Part shown: in pieces, positions 8,128 through 18,637 of the stretch
Position numbering within the stretch: the stretch's first letter is position 1
How the letters are laid out: every line of letters begins with the position of its first letter
Source: a virus
IMG/VR virus record: IMGVR_UViG_3300017773_000009
Coordinates: 1 to 60,447 of that record
Length of the DNA: 60,447 bases
Direction: 5' to 3' (one strand)
Translations under genes and position numbers: made by a program
The notes under the pieces: model-generated
Databases searched by the model: none
Told to the model about the DNA's origin: nothing
Seen by the model: the letters and a program-made list of their open reading frames with translations, nothing else

Positions 8128-11100
8128 TATGATTTAAAACTTTTGTCTATTATACTTCTTACCTTTTCTGTACTTGTATCTAAGAATACATTTGGTGTAG
8201 GTCCTGTTCCTCCAACTATTATTGGATTATCAAATGTAACAATATATTCATTGTAGTCTGAGTTGTACTGACCATAAACATTTACTATAGCACTGTCTAG
8301 AGATAATAAATCTCTCGCTATATCTTTAAAGTATTTGTGCATACCACTTTCAGATATTCTAGTTATACCATCTCTTGATAATCTAAGTATAGCACCATTC
8401 CTTAAGTCTGCAAAGTATATAACATTATTAAACTTTGATACTGACTCAGGATTTAATCCTACTCCAAAATCTCCAACATAAGGCACAGCAGCACTTAAAG
8501 GTGTTGCAGATATTACTATATCTCCTGAACCATCTGCTTTTGTTGATATGTCTTTACTAACTAAAGCTCTTGTTGTTTTGTTTTCATGAAGTATTATTAA
8601 GTCTGTATCCCTTGATATTATTTTCTGTATAGAACCATAGTCTTTTTCGTAATCAACAAATCCACTAGTAATACCTAGAGATGGGTTTTGTGATTCGTAG
8701 AAAACATTTAACTGATTCTTGTTAGTGTCCTCTATCATTGGGTCTGAGAACCTTACTGTAGAGTACCTCCACTCTTCTCCTATCTCGTCATTCTGAATGT
8801 GTGGTCTACCTAATCCTGTGGTAATTTCAAACTTAGAAACATTATCATTTATGTGTTGGTCTTGAACATAATATTCATCTATCAAAGTATCTGCTTGGAC
8901 ATTACCATCATCAGTTTCATTATAGTTTATACCTATAATACTTGTGCCATTTAAGGTTGGAACTCTAGGGTTGTTAACATCATCAACTACATGAACCCTG
9001 CTTCTTGTGTAAACATCACCATAACTTTTCCTGGCAGACATGATAACCCTTTTGTTGTTTCCATCACTATCTGTAACAGGTATAGGATGATTTATTATAG
9101 TGTACTGAGCTCCAAAAGTACCCCTTGCAGGTTTAGGTATTCCAGTATTCATTGTGGTGTCAAAGTCTTGGTCGTTTAATTCACCCATGTGATACCTTCC
9201 ATCAGTATGTGGATTTCCAATCCTAAAAGTTTGACCAAACTCGTAAAATATTTTATCTGTCTGAGCTACCTCATCTTTTGTTCTATATATCTCAAACATA
9301 GAGTTTTTAAGTAGTGCAGACCTTAACCATCCATTAGCTGCTGTTTGTTGACTTTCGTCTAATATAGTATCATTTGGGCTAACAGCGTAAGAGTTTACAT
9401 AATTATCAAGATGTAAGTTGAAATCATTATCTTCGTTTCCACAGTAAAATAAATCTTTCTTAAATATACTAAAATCACCTTCTACCCTTAAATGTTGTTG
9501 ACCATTAACCTCTACTAAATCAACTATATTAAATTCTATATACTCTCTATACAAACCATGACCCCAATACCTTGTAACATAATCAGGATTGAATCTATAT
9601 TGGCTAACTGATTGCCCATAGTTTCTAAAGTAGTCAGTTCCATCTGAGTAGTTTCCTAAACCTTGTCTCCAACCTATAAACCTAATTTTATCTCCCTTCC
9701 TAAATGAATACTGCATTACTGGCTCTTCACTTCCATTTGAGTAATACTTTTCATAATTATAGAAGTGTTCTACATTTATATCCATATACCTTATAGAATC
9801 TATAGAAGCATATATTTGAGCTGTAGAATCACCAAAAGCAAACCCTACAGTTTCTTCAGAATTACCATCATTCTTGTAAAATAAAAAGTGTTCAGGGGTT
9901 GTATTATCCTCAAGACTTGGTCCACCTGTTATACCATGAACAAAATAATCTGTGTTTTCATTTTTTGTCATTACCCACTGATAGTGAGTAGCCCACTTAG
10001 GTGGCTTGTGATGTATCTCCCAAAAAAGATTTGGAGGCATCATTGTTCTTCCATTAAGATAGTTGTCACTGACAGCAGTTTTATAAGCATCTAAAACAAT
10101 GTTTGTAAACGCATTATCAGGATATGTAAAGTTACTGCTTGAAGCGTTTCCATTTGAGTCTACTTGATAAACCCATGGAAGTAATTCATGATACCATGGC
10201 ACATCAATAACCATAGAGTTTCGACTTTCTGGATTAGAGTATGTGTTAACCATTGAGGACCTTCCTGCTCTATCGTAATAAACTAATCCATATGTATATC
10301 TACCACCTCTTTTTAAAGTAGGAGAATCTGGGTCAACAATTCCATTTCTATCTAAAACAAAACCATTTGAAGCATTAAATCCATTACCCCAATACCTATT
10401 ACTAAATCCATTTCCACCCTCTTGTGTTTGACCATCAGTTCCTGTACCCTGAGTAGCTGTGATTCCATCAGCAGTTTGGGTAATCTGAACACCATAATTA
10501 AATTGGTCAGAACCTCCAGTGTCTGCAAAAAAGTTTGGAGTTAAGGTGTCCCCCTTAGAAGCACCAATTACATTGAATGTGCCAGAGCCTGAAGGTATAG
10601 TTGTCAGCTCAGTAACATTATTTAATAAACTTGGAAAACCATTAAATTGACCTTCTGCAAGAGCCCATTTATAATCTTGAAGCAATGTTACATTTAACTT
10701 CTCATCAGAGTCACCTGATTTTGGTAGTGGCTCATAACCCTCCAATATATTAGCATAAGCTAATCTGTTGTTATTTAGATACTCTTGAGACCTAGCTATT
10801 CTTGGAACAAAATCATACATCCTGTTAGATTCAGCTATGTCAATTATTTCTTTTATAGTCTTGTCATTTTTAAATACTACATTGTAATTATGAAAATCTT
10901 CAAGACCCAACTCTTCTTTGTCAATCTCTACAAGTTTATAAAACTCTGGACTAGAGCCAACCTCCATATCCCTTACTGCAACCTGTATCTTTTTTACTAA
11001 CTCTGAACCAGTTTGAACGACAAGATTTAGTGCGTTATATTTTATATTGTTATTTGACGCAGAGTTTGGTGTATACGAATCAGATGATGTTTGGTTATAA

Positions 11101-13325
11101 ACAGCATTCATACTTATAAAGTTAAGTGAAGCTCCCATAGCAACACTCTCTTTATAAACAACGCCACTCTCTATATCTATAAAGCAGTTGTAAACATGAC
11201 TAAACCTTCTAGCTTTCATTCTTAATTTATCTCCAGCATTCATGTAAAATTCAGAATCACTAAAGGTATATGTTTCTCCATCAGCAGGAGTGTCTCCTGT
11301 AACAAGGTCTGAGTCACTAGTATTTTTGATTGGGTATTCAGTAATATCTCCAGTCTGACTATCTGTCTTTAGTAAGAATAACTGAACCCTTGGCTTTTGG
11401 TCTTCTTGAAATTCTTTCTCTCCTTCGTACTGAAGGTATGATATTTTTTGAACCTTACCTACTTGACTACCACCAAACCAAACCCCTGCAGCATCTTCTT
11501 GATTAGAATGTGTTGATTCTATGTCATTATTTCCATCAACTAAATCTTCATACGCTGAATAGTGAGCAACCCTTTGCAGTATAAATGGTGGGTATGAACT
11601 GCTACTATAAAAAGCTTGGTCATATCCCTTTGCCATGTGTGGAAATATGCCAGTGCTATACTTCATGTAATCTACATACAGACCATTTCTATCCTTTCTA
11701 TGTGTGTCTAGTAAGCTGTTGTATGAAAAGCTATCGTCATCGTTAGGATTGCCAGTTAAGAATCCAATGTATTGCTTATTCCACCTAGCTTTATTATTAC
11801 TACCATCAGCTAAATTATCTCCCCAGAAACCTATTACGCTTGTTTTTTTTAAAATTTCAGTAGTAGGATAATTCCAATTTGATACGCTATTACTAGCACT
11901 TGCAGCATCTTGATTGAATGACATGAAAGGAAAGGAGTTATTTGAAACAAAGGTTTCGTCTTCTGGAATAGAATAAGAAATCTCATTGTTTAAATTTTCT
12001 ACCTGCCAATCACTAAAGTTAGTAATAACATCTAATTCAGTATCATCAACTTGACCTCCTAAAGATGAACTAAAAGGAGCCTCAGTTGTAGTGTAGTATC
12101 TCTTAGATGCTTTGTTAGGTTTTTTAAACCTCCTCAGTAGTGGTTTGTTTTTTATATCTACCCCATTATCATCCTCAACAGGTTTAGGAGCAGCATTCAT
12201 TGATATGCTAATGTTATAATTACCATCTAATGGAGCTGTATACTCACCTGTGTTTTCGTTGTAGTTTCCTACACCATCTATCTGACCACCACCAGAAGGA
12301 ACAATAGTTTGAACTAAATCTCCAGCACTTACTGCTGAATTATTTCCAAATGGATTACCTTCTTGAAATATCTCTTCGCCTGTTTCTAGGTCAAAGATTT
12401 CATTGTTTATTCCATGAACACTCTGTGCTTTAATAGCATTTGATGCTATCTCATGCCAGTAAGTACCCTCTGGAATCCACTTATTGTATGAAGATAATAT
12501 TTCATCAGAAGAAGCAGCACCTCCTGAAGGACCATCAGTAGAGGTGCTTAGAGAGAAAAAAGATTGTATCCCTCCAAAAAACTGAGCCTTATCATTCTGT
12601 AATTTTACTTTAGATATAGGTGAATACACTGAGCTTTCTCCATCATCGTATATCCATTTGTACTTGAATTGAAAAGCACCCCTGTCTACTTTTGTAGTCG
12701 TTGTGTCTGTTAAATCATTAAAAAAACTAATCAATGGTTCTTTGTATGGACCATACTTTATAGCGTCAAAGTATTCCTCTACAATCATCACCCTATTGTC
12801 TATTAGTGTTTCTTGAAGTTCAGTAACATCTGAAACTGCTACACCATCTTGTATCCTAGAAGAATATCCATCAGGTGTATTTCTCTTTAAACACTTCTTT
12901 ATATTTATTTTTCTAGGTGGGTTCCATCCATCAGTAAAGTATAGTAAATTGTCATCAACTAAATCTACATCGTTTATAAGTTGAGCCCAATCAAAGTTTA
13001 AAACCTCAGATTCTATAAGACCATCTACTGTGTTTGATTTTAAATTATACTGATATATACCATGATTACCAGCATTATTATACATGAAGAAAAATATCCT
13101 AGATGTTTTTGAGTCATAGTGTGAACCAATACATCTTGGTACACCTAGTGGTAAAGGAAACTCTATTTTTGTTGTACCCTTTGTATTTGAAACAGAACCT
13201 AGATTACCAGTTTCATCATTCCCTACTATACAGTTTAAGGCATAACGATAATCGCCTGCCTTAATAATGTGTGGGTCAGAATCCATGTCCATCCCACCAG
13301 TGTATGGTTTCTTGTCTATATTCAT
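8127..13325 (-). CDS. Very large tail/nozzle-associated structural protein (1732 aa)
   Basis: 5.2-kb uninterrupted ORF in the middle of the virion module. The N-terminus (KKPYTGGMDMDSDPHIIKAGDYRYALNCIVGNDETGNLGSVSNTKGT) is of the kind seen in podovirus tail-hub/nozzle proteins. That functional assignment is inference. Confidence 0.55.
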   Translation of the reverse strand: MNIDKKPYTGGMDMDSDPHIIKAGDYRYALNCIVGNDETGNLGSVSNTKGTTKIEFPLPLGVPRCIGSHYDSKTSRIFFFMYNNAGNHGIYQYNLKSNTVDGLIESEVLNFDWAQLINDVDLVDDNLLYFTDGWNPPRKINIKKCLKRNTPDGYSSRIQDGVAVSDVTELQETLIDNRVMIVEEYFDAIKYGPYKEPLISFFNDLTDTTTTKVDRGAFQFKYKWIYDDGESSVYSPISKVKLQNDKAQFFGGIQSFFSLSTSTDGPSGGAASSDEILSSYNKWIPEGTYWHEIASNAIKAQSVHGINNEIFDLETGEEIFQEGNPFGNNSAVSAGDLVQTIVPSGGGQIDGVGNYNENTGEYTAPLDGNYNISISMNAAPKPVEDDNGVDIKNKPLLRRFKKPNKASKRYYTTTEAPFSSSLGGQVDDTELDVITNFSDWQVENLNNEISYSIPEDETFVSNNSFPFMSFNQDAASASNSVSNWNYPTTEILKKTSVIGFWGDNLADGSNNKARWNKQYIGFLTGNPNDDDSFSYNSLLDTHRKDRNGLYVDYMKYSTGIFPHMAKGYDQAFYSSSSYPPFILQRVAHYSAYEDLVDGNNDIESTHSNQEDAAGVWFGGSQVGKVQKISYLQYEGEKEFQEDQKPRVQLFLLKTDSQTGDITEYPIKNTSDSDLVTGDTPADGETYTFSDSEFYMNAGDKLRMKARRFSHVYNCFIDIESGVVYKESVAMGASLNFISMNAVYNQTSSDSYTPNSASNNNIKYNALNLVVQTGSELVKKIQVAVRDMEVGSSPEFYKLVEIDKEELGLEDFHNYNVVFKNDKTIKEIIDIAESNRMYDFVPRIARSQEYLNNNRLAYANILEGYEPLPKSGDSDEKLNVTLLQDYKWALAEGQFNGFPSLLNNVTELTTIPSGSGTFNVIGASKGDTLTPNFFADTGGSDQFNYGVQITQTADGITATQGTGTDGQTQEGGNGFSNRYWGNGFNASNGFVLDRNGIVDPDSPTLKRGGRYTYGLVYYDRAGRSSMVNTYSNPESRNSMVIDVPWYHELLPWVYQVDSNGNASSSNFTYPDNAFTNIVLDAYKTAVSDNYLNGRTMMPPNLFWEIHHKPPKWATHYQWVMTKNENTDYFVHGITGGPSLEDNTTPEHFLFYKNDGNSEETVGFAFGDSTAQIYASIDSIRYMDINVEHFYNYEKYYSNGSEEPVMQYSFRKGDKIRFIGWRQGLGNYSDGTDYFRNYGQSVSQYRFNPDYVTRYWGHGLYREYIEFNIVDLVEVNGQQHLRVEGDFSIFKKDLFYCGNEDNDFNLHLDNYVNSYAVSPNDTILDESQQTAANGWLRSALLKNSMFEIYRTKDEVAQTDKIFYEFGQTFRIGNPHTDGRYHMGELNDQDFDTTMNTGIPKPARGTFGAQYTIINHPIPVTDSDGNNKRVIMSARKSYGDVYTRSRVHVVDDVNNPRVPTLNGTSIIGINYNETDDGNVQADTLIDEYYVQDQHINDNVSKFEITTGLGRPHIQNDEIGEEWRYSTVRFSDPMIEDTNKNQLNVFYESQNPSLGITSGFVDYEKDYGSIQKIISRDTDLIILHENKTTRALVSKDISTKADGSGDIVISATPLSAAVPYVGDFGVGLNPESVSKFNNVIYFADLRNGAILRLSRDGITRISESGMHKYFKDIARDLLSLDSAIVNVYGQYNSDYNEYIVTFDNPIIVGGTGPTPNVFLDTSTEKVRSIIDKSFKS

Positions 13326-13327
13326 TT

Positions 13328-14773
13328 TTAAAGTTTAGGAGATTGTTTAAATCCTTTTCTTCCAGCAACCAGTGCTTCTTCAATAGTGAATGACATCATT
13401 CTAGATTTAGCTAATCTTTTTTGATTATAAAACTCTCTACGAGCTAATACCTTTTCATTCATGTTAATCCCTCTCCTCCTCTGAATGCTTTGCCAGTAAA
13501 TATAAGCCATTAAAGCTTCAACTGCAAATACATTTATTGTATATTTTCTTTGGTTTATTTCACCTGTGTCTTCAGGGTTTGTAGAGACAACAGTATTACC
13601 ATCAGCATCAGTAGTTGTAACTTCATTAGCACCCCTACTCTTTTCTCTGGCAATCATGGTAGAACCATCTGATATATACTCAACAATAACTTCTCCAGTA
13701 ACATCTGTTGAGAAATATATTGTTCCATTCTCTTTGTCTACCCTGTAGTATCCATTTTTATTTTGACCACCACTTTTACCAAACCTTCTACCTAGAGTAT
13801 CATATGTAGGAGGAGTTCCCTCTAGGTTTGTATTATTTGTTAGAGAGTTAAAAGAACCAGGAGCTCCTGAAATAGTGTTATCAAAAGACTCTGTAGTTGT
13901 TACAGTTTCATCTATTCTGTCTACTCTTAAATTTGCTATATTAACAGCTTCACCAGTCTGCATGTTTGTTACCAACAAATAGTAGGTTAAAGCCATTCCA
14001 TCTTCTACTACAAAATCGTAACTAAAATGTTGATAGTTTTCAGGAAATTCATTGTTTACTATGTGAGCAATAAAACCATCTTGATTATTAAGGTTTATTC
14101 TAACATTATTGTTTAAAACATTATCTGCATTATTAGCTCCTTGTAAATAAAATGAAATTCTATATTTTTCACCTGAAATTAAATCTTCACTTAATCCACT
14201 CGCTGATGTAAGAACTGCTCTTGCTCCATGAGTTCCTCCTGCTGTTTCATTTTTAATTCTTGCTGCATATGAGTTAATAGAAGACGATGGGTCTGGATTT
14301 TGGACTGAATTGTTAAATATGTTTAATACTGTAAATCCATTATAGGGACTCCAAATAGTAGCTGGATTAGTGACATATAAATTTATGTCTTCATTAAAAG
14401 TCCTATAAAGATTAAATGATTCAGAAGAAACTGTTTCTGTAATAGTAGGTGTATCAGCTTGCTCATATTCAAAAGCGTTAGGTAAACACATGCTCTTGTC
14501 TTCTGCCATCCAAGCAACTCTTCCATCACTACACAATCCTATTTTAGTATAGTTAACATAATCAAGTGGTAATTCTATTGAGTGAGTATTTGGGTTTATT
14601 TCAATCTTTGCTGTTCTAATTTCTTGTAAAACATCAAAGCTTAATTCTTTCAATCCATTAAGTGCCAACTGATGATAACGCATGTAATCATGTTCAGTAT
14701 CTTTACCCTCTGTAATTAAAAGGTTTCTTACAACCTCATCTATAGTTATATATTGTACTTGTGAGTTAGCCAT
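13328..14773 (-). CDS. Virion structural protein (481 aa)
   Basis: Complete ORF, tightly packed in the structural operon. Confidence 0.45.
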   Translation of the reverse strand: MANSQVQYITIDEVVRNLLITEGKDTEHDYMRYHQLALNGLKELSFDVLQEIRTAKIEINPNTHSIELPLDYVNYTKIGLCSDGRVAWMAEDKSMCLPNAFEYEQADTPTITETVSSESFNLYRTFNEDINLYVTNPATIWSPYNGFTVLNIFNNSVQNPDPSSSINSYAARIKNETAGGTHGARAVLTSASGLSEDLISGEKYRISFYLQGANNADNVLNNNVRINLNNQDGFIAHIVNNEFPENYQHFSYDFVVEDGMALTYYLLVTNMQTGEAVNIANLRVDRIDETVTTTESFDNTISGAPGSFNSLTNNTNLEGTPPTYDTLGRRFGKSGGQNKNGYYRVDKENGTIYFSTDVTGEVIVEYISDGSTMIAREKSRGANEVTTTDADGNTVVSTNPEDTGEINQRKYTINVFAVEALMAYIYWQSIQRRRGINMNEKVLARREFYNQKRLAKSRMMSFTIEEALVAGRKGFKQSPKL

Positions 14774-14777
14774 CTAC

Positions 14778-15650
14778 CTATGCTTTTATATTATCATTTA
14801 TCTCATCCTCTGGTCTACCAATCATTACATTAAATGTTTGCACTAGAGATTTTATTAGTAAGCTTTCCATATCAGCAGGTATTGGTAACTGCTCATCATC
14901 TTTAATATCTCTAGTAGCAGCTACATAAACAACCCTAATATTTGTTGAAGCATATGTAGATGAATCATTTGGAATAGCATTTTGAGAATACAATCCCTCT
15001 GGGTCTTCTGACACTAAGAATATAGTCTTGCCTTGTATGTAGTAACCTGTTCTTCCAGACATAAATCTAGATGGCATATTCCAATGTAAAGAGTTGGTGT
15101 GTAACCCCATAGGAACAAAAGGTCTACTTGGGTTTACTGTATTACCATCTTCATCAAATGTATAACCAAACTGATGAGAAGCTGTATCTTTTCTAACCTG
15201 ATGTATACCCCTGTTGTCTGTAAGGCTTATTGGAGTTCTCTTAAGCCTAGCAAATGGAAGTCTAGTTCCATCTCCATAAACACTTGTTTCTTTGTACTCG
15301 TTGTAAATTTTATAAGACTGAACCTGCTCAGATGTAGCTGGAATAGGATTGTTATTATCATCATATCCAACAATCTCAGTAACAACATCATTTATAGTAG
15401 CGACCTCTAATTGTGGTACAGAATGGTCAGGATGTAAGCTTACAGTTAAAATATCTTCGTTTAAGAAGTGACCTTCAATGTGATGGTCTCCTTTAGAAAA
15501 CTTACTAGAGAGATACTGTGTAATCATTGTGTCTCTCTCTTGCTCTAAGGCATACATAACTTCTCTCTCATCTATAGGGAAGTCTTTACCTGGTGTACCA
15601 CCAGCTAAAATTCTAAGTACCTGCTCTGCTATCTGTCTTTTTGTTGCCAT
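14778..15650 (-). CDS. Virion structural protein (290 aa), head-tail joining region by position
   Basis: Complete ORF. Its start overlaps the stop of the upstream gene by 1 nt. Confidence 0.4.
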   Translation of the reverse strand: MATKRQIAEQVLRILAGGTPGKDFPIDEREVMYALEQERDTMITQYLSSKFSKGDHHIEGHFLNEDILTVSLHPDHSVPQLEVATINDVVTEIVGYDDNNNPIPATSEQVQSYKIYNEYKETSVYGDGTRLPFARLKRTPISLTDNRGIHQVRKDTASHQFGYTFDEDGNTVNPSRPFVPMGLHTNSLHWNMPSRFMSGRTGYYIQGKTIFLVSEDPEGLYSQNAIPNDSSTYASTNIRVVYVAATRDIKDDEQLPIPADMESLLIKSLVQTFNVMIGRPEDEINDNIKA

Positions 15651-17080
15651 TATACTCCAGGTGTTTGAGTTTGTTTTCCTTCAGCATACTGTACTAGCTG
15701 TGCGTCAGAAAGATTAATTCCTAAATACCCTAGAGCTCTCATACATATTTCTAGGTGTGTTTGTTGTGGTAGTTCTAAATCTACAGAACCTGTAGAAAAT
15801 CTTTTGTAGTCTTTAATTATAATACCACACTGGGGATTATCAGAACTGTCATCATAATTTCTTACCATAAGAACCCTCCTTTCTAAATCGTCTGTAAAAT
15901 CTGCATCACTAACACTATTTTTTAAGTTCAATTTAAAATAACCTGAACCTTCAAACCCTAATAGCTTAGGGTATGTACTCATAGTTTGTGCACTAGGATT
16001 TTGTAAAACAAATTCTCTATCTGTATTTTGATTTTCTTGAGAAAAGTGTTCGTATTCGTTTTGATTTACGTCTATAAAATTCATAAGGTTAACTCCATTA
16101 AAACCTTTATTTACATAAATTTCATTCTGAAGACCAGGTTCTGTAACGATTTGACCATCACGAATAGTTGATAAAGTAAATTCAACAATCTCTCCTTGAG
16201 GATTATCATAATTGTTAACTGGATTACCATTTTCATCTAATGCAATTATAATGTAACGCTCCTCGTCATTAGGAATAAATATACACTCTCTTTGCTCATT
16301 GTGATGTTTAAACCCTGTAAATATTGTGCCAGCAGAACTACTAGCGTTTGCTACATTTGTTTCTGGCTCACTTTCTCTCCTTATGTCTACTGCATTTTTA
16401 AAGCTTAAATCTTTATTTAATTGCTTTACTGGTATAACACCACACTCTTTAGAATATGTTGGTCTACCATCTAAATCATTATAGTAGTTCCAGATAGGTT
16501 TCTTAGGTCTCCTTAAGTATATAAAGTACAGTTCATCACCATTATTTACATTGCTAGGATTATAACTACTACTATTTGGATTAACTCCTTGGTCTAAATC
16601 TACCCCAAAGAAAAAATATTTTTCATCATTAAACACTACGCTTGGTCTGTCTTTGTCATCTGCATCAAACATAGTTGACCTCCTGTTGACATTATACTTA
16701 TCATACTCTAAGAAGTCTATAGGGTATCTTTCTTTGTGTATAGGAAATCCTTCGTACCCTGTGTTTTTAAGATAGTAAGCTCCTACAAAATGAAGATATT
16801 CACCATTCTTTAAATCTTTATATGGATTAAAAGATGTATCATAAACTCTCTCAAACTCCATCAAAATACTTATATCATCATGAACCTTTTGAGACTGTGG
16901 ATAACCTACAACTGGTACAGGTCTTCCAGGCTGATAAGTAGCTGGCTGTCCATACCTGTCGTTGAAGAACTCCATTTGGGCTGCATCCATAGCAGTGTTG
17001 AAATCTTCTGGTGATATAAATCCTCCCTGCTCTTTGTTTGAAACCAACTGTATGTATTCATAACATTCATTAATGTTCAT
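15650..17080 (-). CDS. Virion structural protein (476 aa)
   Basis: Complete ORF in the structural operon. Confidence 0.45.
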   Translation of the reverse strand: MNINECYEYIQLVSNKEQGGFISPEDFNTAMDAAQMEFFNDRYGQPATYQPGRPVPVVGYPQSQKVHDDISILMEFERVYDTSFNPYKDLKNGEYLHFVGAYYLKNTGYEGFPIHKERYPIDFLEYDKYNVNRRSTMFDADDKDRPSVVFNDEKYFFFGVDLDQGVNPNSSSYNPSNVNNGDELYFIYLRRPKKPIWNYYNDLDGRPTYSKECGVIPVKQLNKDLSFKNAVDIRRESEPETNVANASSSAGTIFTGFKHHNEQRECIFIPNDEERYIIIALDENGNPVNNYDNPQGEIVEFTLSTIRDGQIVTEPGLQNEIYVNKGFNGVNLMNFIDVNQNEYEHFSQENQNTDREFVLQNPSAQTMSTYPKLLGFEGSGYFKLNLKNSVSDADFTDDLERRVLMVRNYDDSSDNPQCGIIIKDYKRFSTGSVDLELPQQTHLEICMRALGYLGINLSDAQLVQYAEGKQTQTPGV

Positions 17081-17098
17081 AATATAATGTATTATAAA

Positions 17099-18637
17099 TT
17101 AAGCTACAGACTCTACTGAAAAAGTCTCAAGCACAATTTGACTAGCGTTTGCTTGATTAACTACAAAAGTAATGTTAGCATCAGCAGCCTCTGACTTTCC
17201 TGATACAGATGTATACTCTATATCTGTAATAGCTCCATCACCAGTGTTAACTATAGACATTGCTTTTAGACTTGAACTATCAACTCTGTAAACATCTATC
17301 TCTACTTTAAAAGCTGCACTTCTTGTGTCTGCTGTAGATTGTGCGAATGTTGATATTGCAGTTCCTGCAAACTTTACAATCATGTTGTTTGTTCCTGCTC
17401 CAGAAGCAATAGTACCAAAAGCAACAATCTTAACTTTCTTTGCGTTACCAGAACCAAAAGTGTTACCTGGAAGTGTTATTGTTTTAAGGGTAATATCACT
17501 ACCAGTAGTCGTTGTAGAGCTTTGAGTTGTATTGTAATCAACAACACCAGATGAAGAACCATAAGCTAGCTTTTCTGCTGTAATAGCTCTGTCTGCAATC
17601 TTGGCTGTAGTAATGTTAGCATCTTTAATCATTGATGTAATTACAGAGTTTGAACCAACAACTGAAGATACTTTAACTGCATTCCAAGAAGCACCATCAT
17701 AAACTGTCTCTATAACTACAGCTCCTGAAGCTAATTCTTCAGCAGTAAGGGAAACTCCAAATACAGAGAAGGTAAAAGAGCCTTTAGTAATTAGTGCGTT
17801 GAAGTAACAAATAAAACGCTCTCCTGTGATTGGAGAACCACTTGGTGCAGGTATTGAAAAGTTTGTAGCAGCAGTTTGAAGACCACTACTTGTTACAACA
17901 ATAACATTCTCATCTGTTCCAGAGGTTATAGAAGCTAGTCCTGTTTGAGAACCAGTGTATGTAATCTTTTCAACTCCTGCTATTTCTAATGGCACCCCTG
18001 CTGCTCTTAACTTAGTAATGCTGTATCCTGCGTTTGGTTGCCTTGAAATCTCATTCCACTTATCATTACCTGTAGAATACTGCAACACTATAGAGTCACT
18101 ATGTTGATTTGTCATTACAAAGTCAGCATTGTTATCTAATTTTATGTTACCTGTATCAGCAATAGTGAGACTGTTAGATGCAGTATGTTTTCTAACAATT
18201 ACAATATCTCCATCGTAATAATTGTTTTGGTCTCCTGAAGCACCTGCATTATCTTTTGGAACTATATTTTCAAGAGTATCATCAGCCCCTCCCTCTTCAG
18301 TAATACTAAGAGACATTAAAGAGCCTGACCTCAAATAGTTTGCTGTTCCTGATGCTATGGTAGAAAGGCTCCTAACGTTTTCGTCTTTCCTCCTTAAGTG
18401 TTCTGTAATTTCATCAGCACCAGAAACATTACCTTCTGAGCCAGATGTGTTCAAGAAAAATCTTTTAAAATTTAAAGAGCTTGCTCCAGTAACCATAAAC
18501 TCTGACTGTCCCAAAGTAAACGCTGCTGCTGCTCCTGCTTTATTATTTTCTATATTTGCTAGAATGGTTGTTCCATCACTTTTTGTTACATAAATGAAAC
18601 CATTTCCATTCCCTATACTTGTAATCGCTGCTGCCAT
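17099..18637 (-). CDS. Fibre-like or surface structural protein (512 aa)
   Basis: S/T/G/A-rich, beta-rich. Contains ITTAKIADRAITAEKLA, a motif type common in phage fibre/appendage proteins. Confidence 0.45.
   Translation of the reverse strand: MAAAITSIGNGNGFIYVTKSDGTTILANIENNKAGAAAAFTLGQSEFMVTGASSLNFKRFFLNTSGSEGNVSGADEITEHLRRKDENVRSLSTIASGTANYLRSGSLMSLSITEEGGADDTLENIVPKDNAGASGDQNNYYDGDIVIVRKHTASNSLTIADTGNIKLDNNADFVMTNQHSDSIVLQYSTGNDKWNEISRQPNAGYSITKLRAAGVPLEIAGVEKITYTGSQTGLASITSGTDENVIVVTSSGLQTAATNFSIPAPSGSPITGERFICYFNALITKGSFTFSVFGVSLTAEELASGAVVIETVYDGASWNAVKVSSVVGSNSVITSMIKDANITTAKIADRAITAEKLAYGSSSGVVDYNTTQSSTTTTGSDITLKTITLPGNTFGSGNAKKVKIVAFGTIASGAGTNNMIVKFAGTAISTFAQSTADTRSAAFKVEIDVYRVDSSSLKAMSIVNTGDGAITDIEYTSVSGKSEAADANITFVVNQANASQIVLETFSVESVA

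Noticed and set aside
8991-11000. Short plus-strand ORFs (8991-9179, 9888-10094, 10785-11000) and similar 60-120-aa ORFs antisense to long genes elsewhere (for example 13566-13748, 15174-15410, 17325-17525, 18357-18593, 18995-19342, 20687-20974, 23006-23462, 25073-25276, 26832-27510, 41315-41667, 43535-43991, 55339-55533, 57113-57319, 58286-58939)
   Set aside because: Each is fully embedded antisense or out of frame in a much longer, well-supported ORF. Their composition is low-complexity, Leu/Ser/Phe-rich, as expected from the reverse strand of AT-rich coding DNA.
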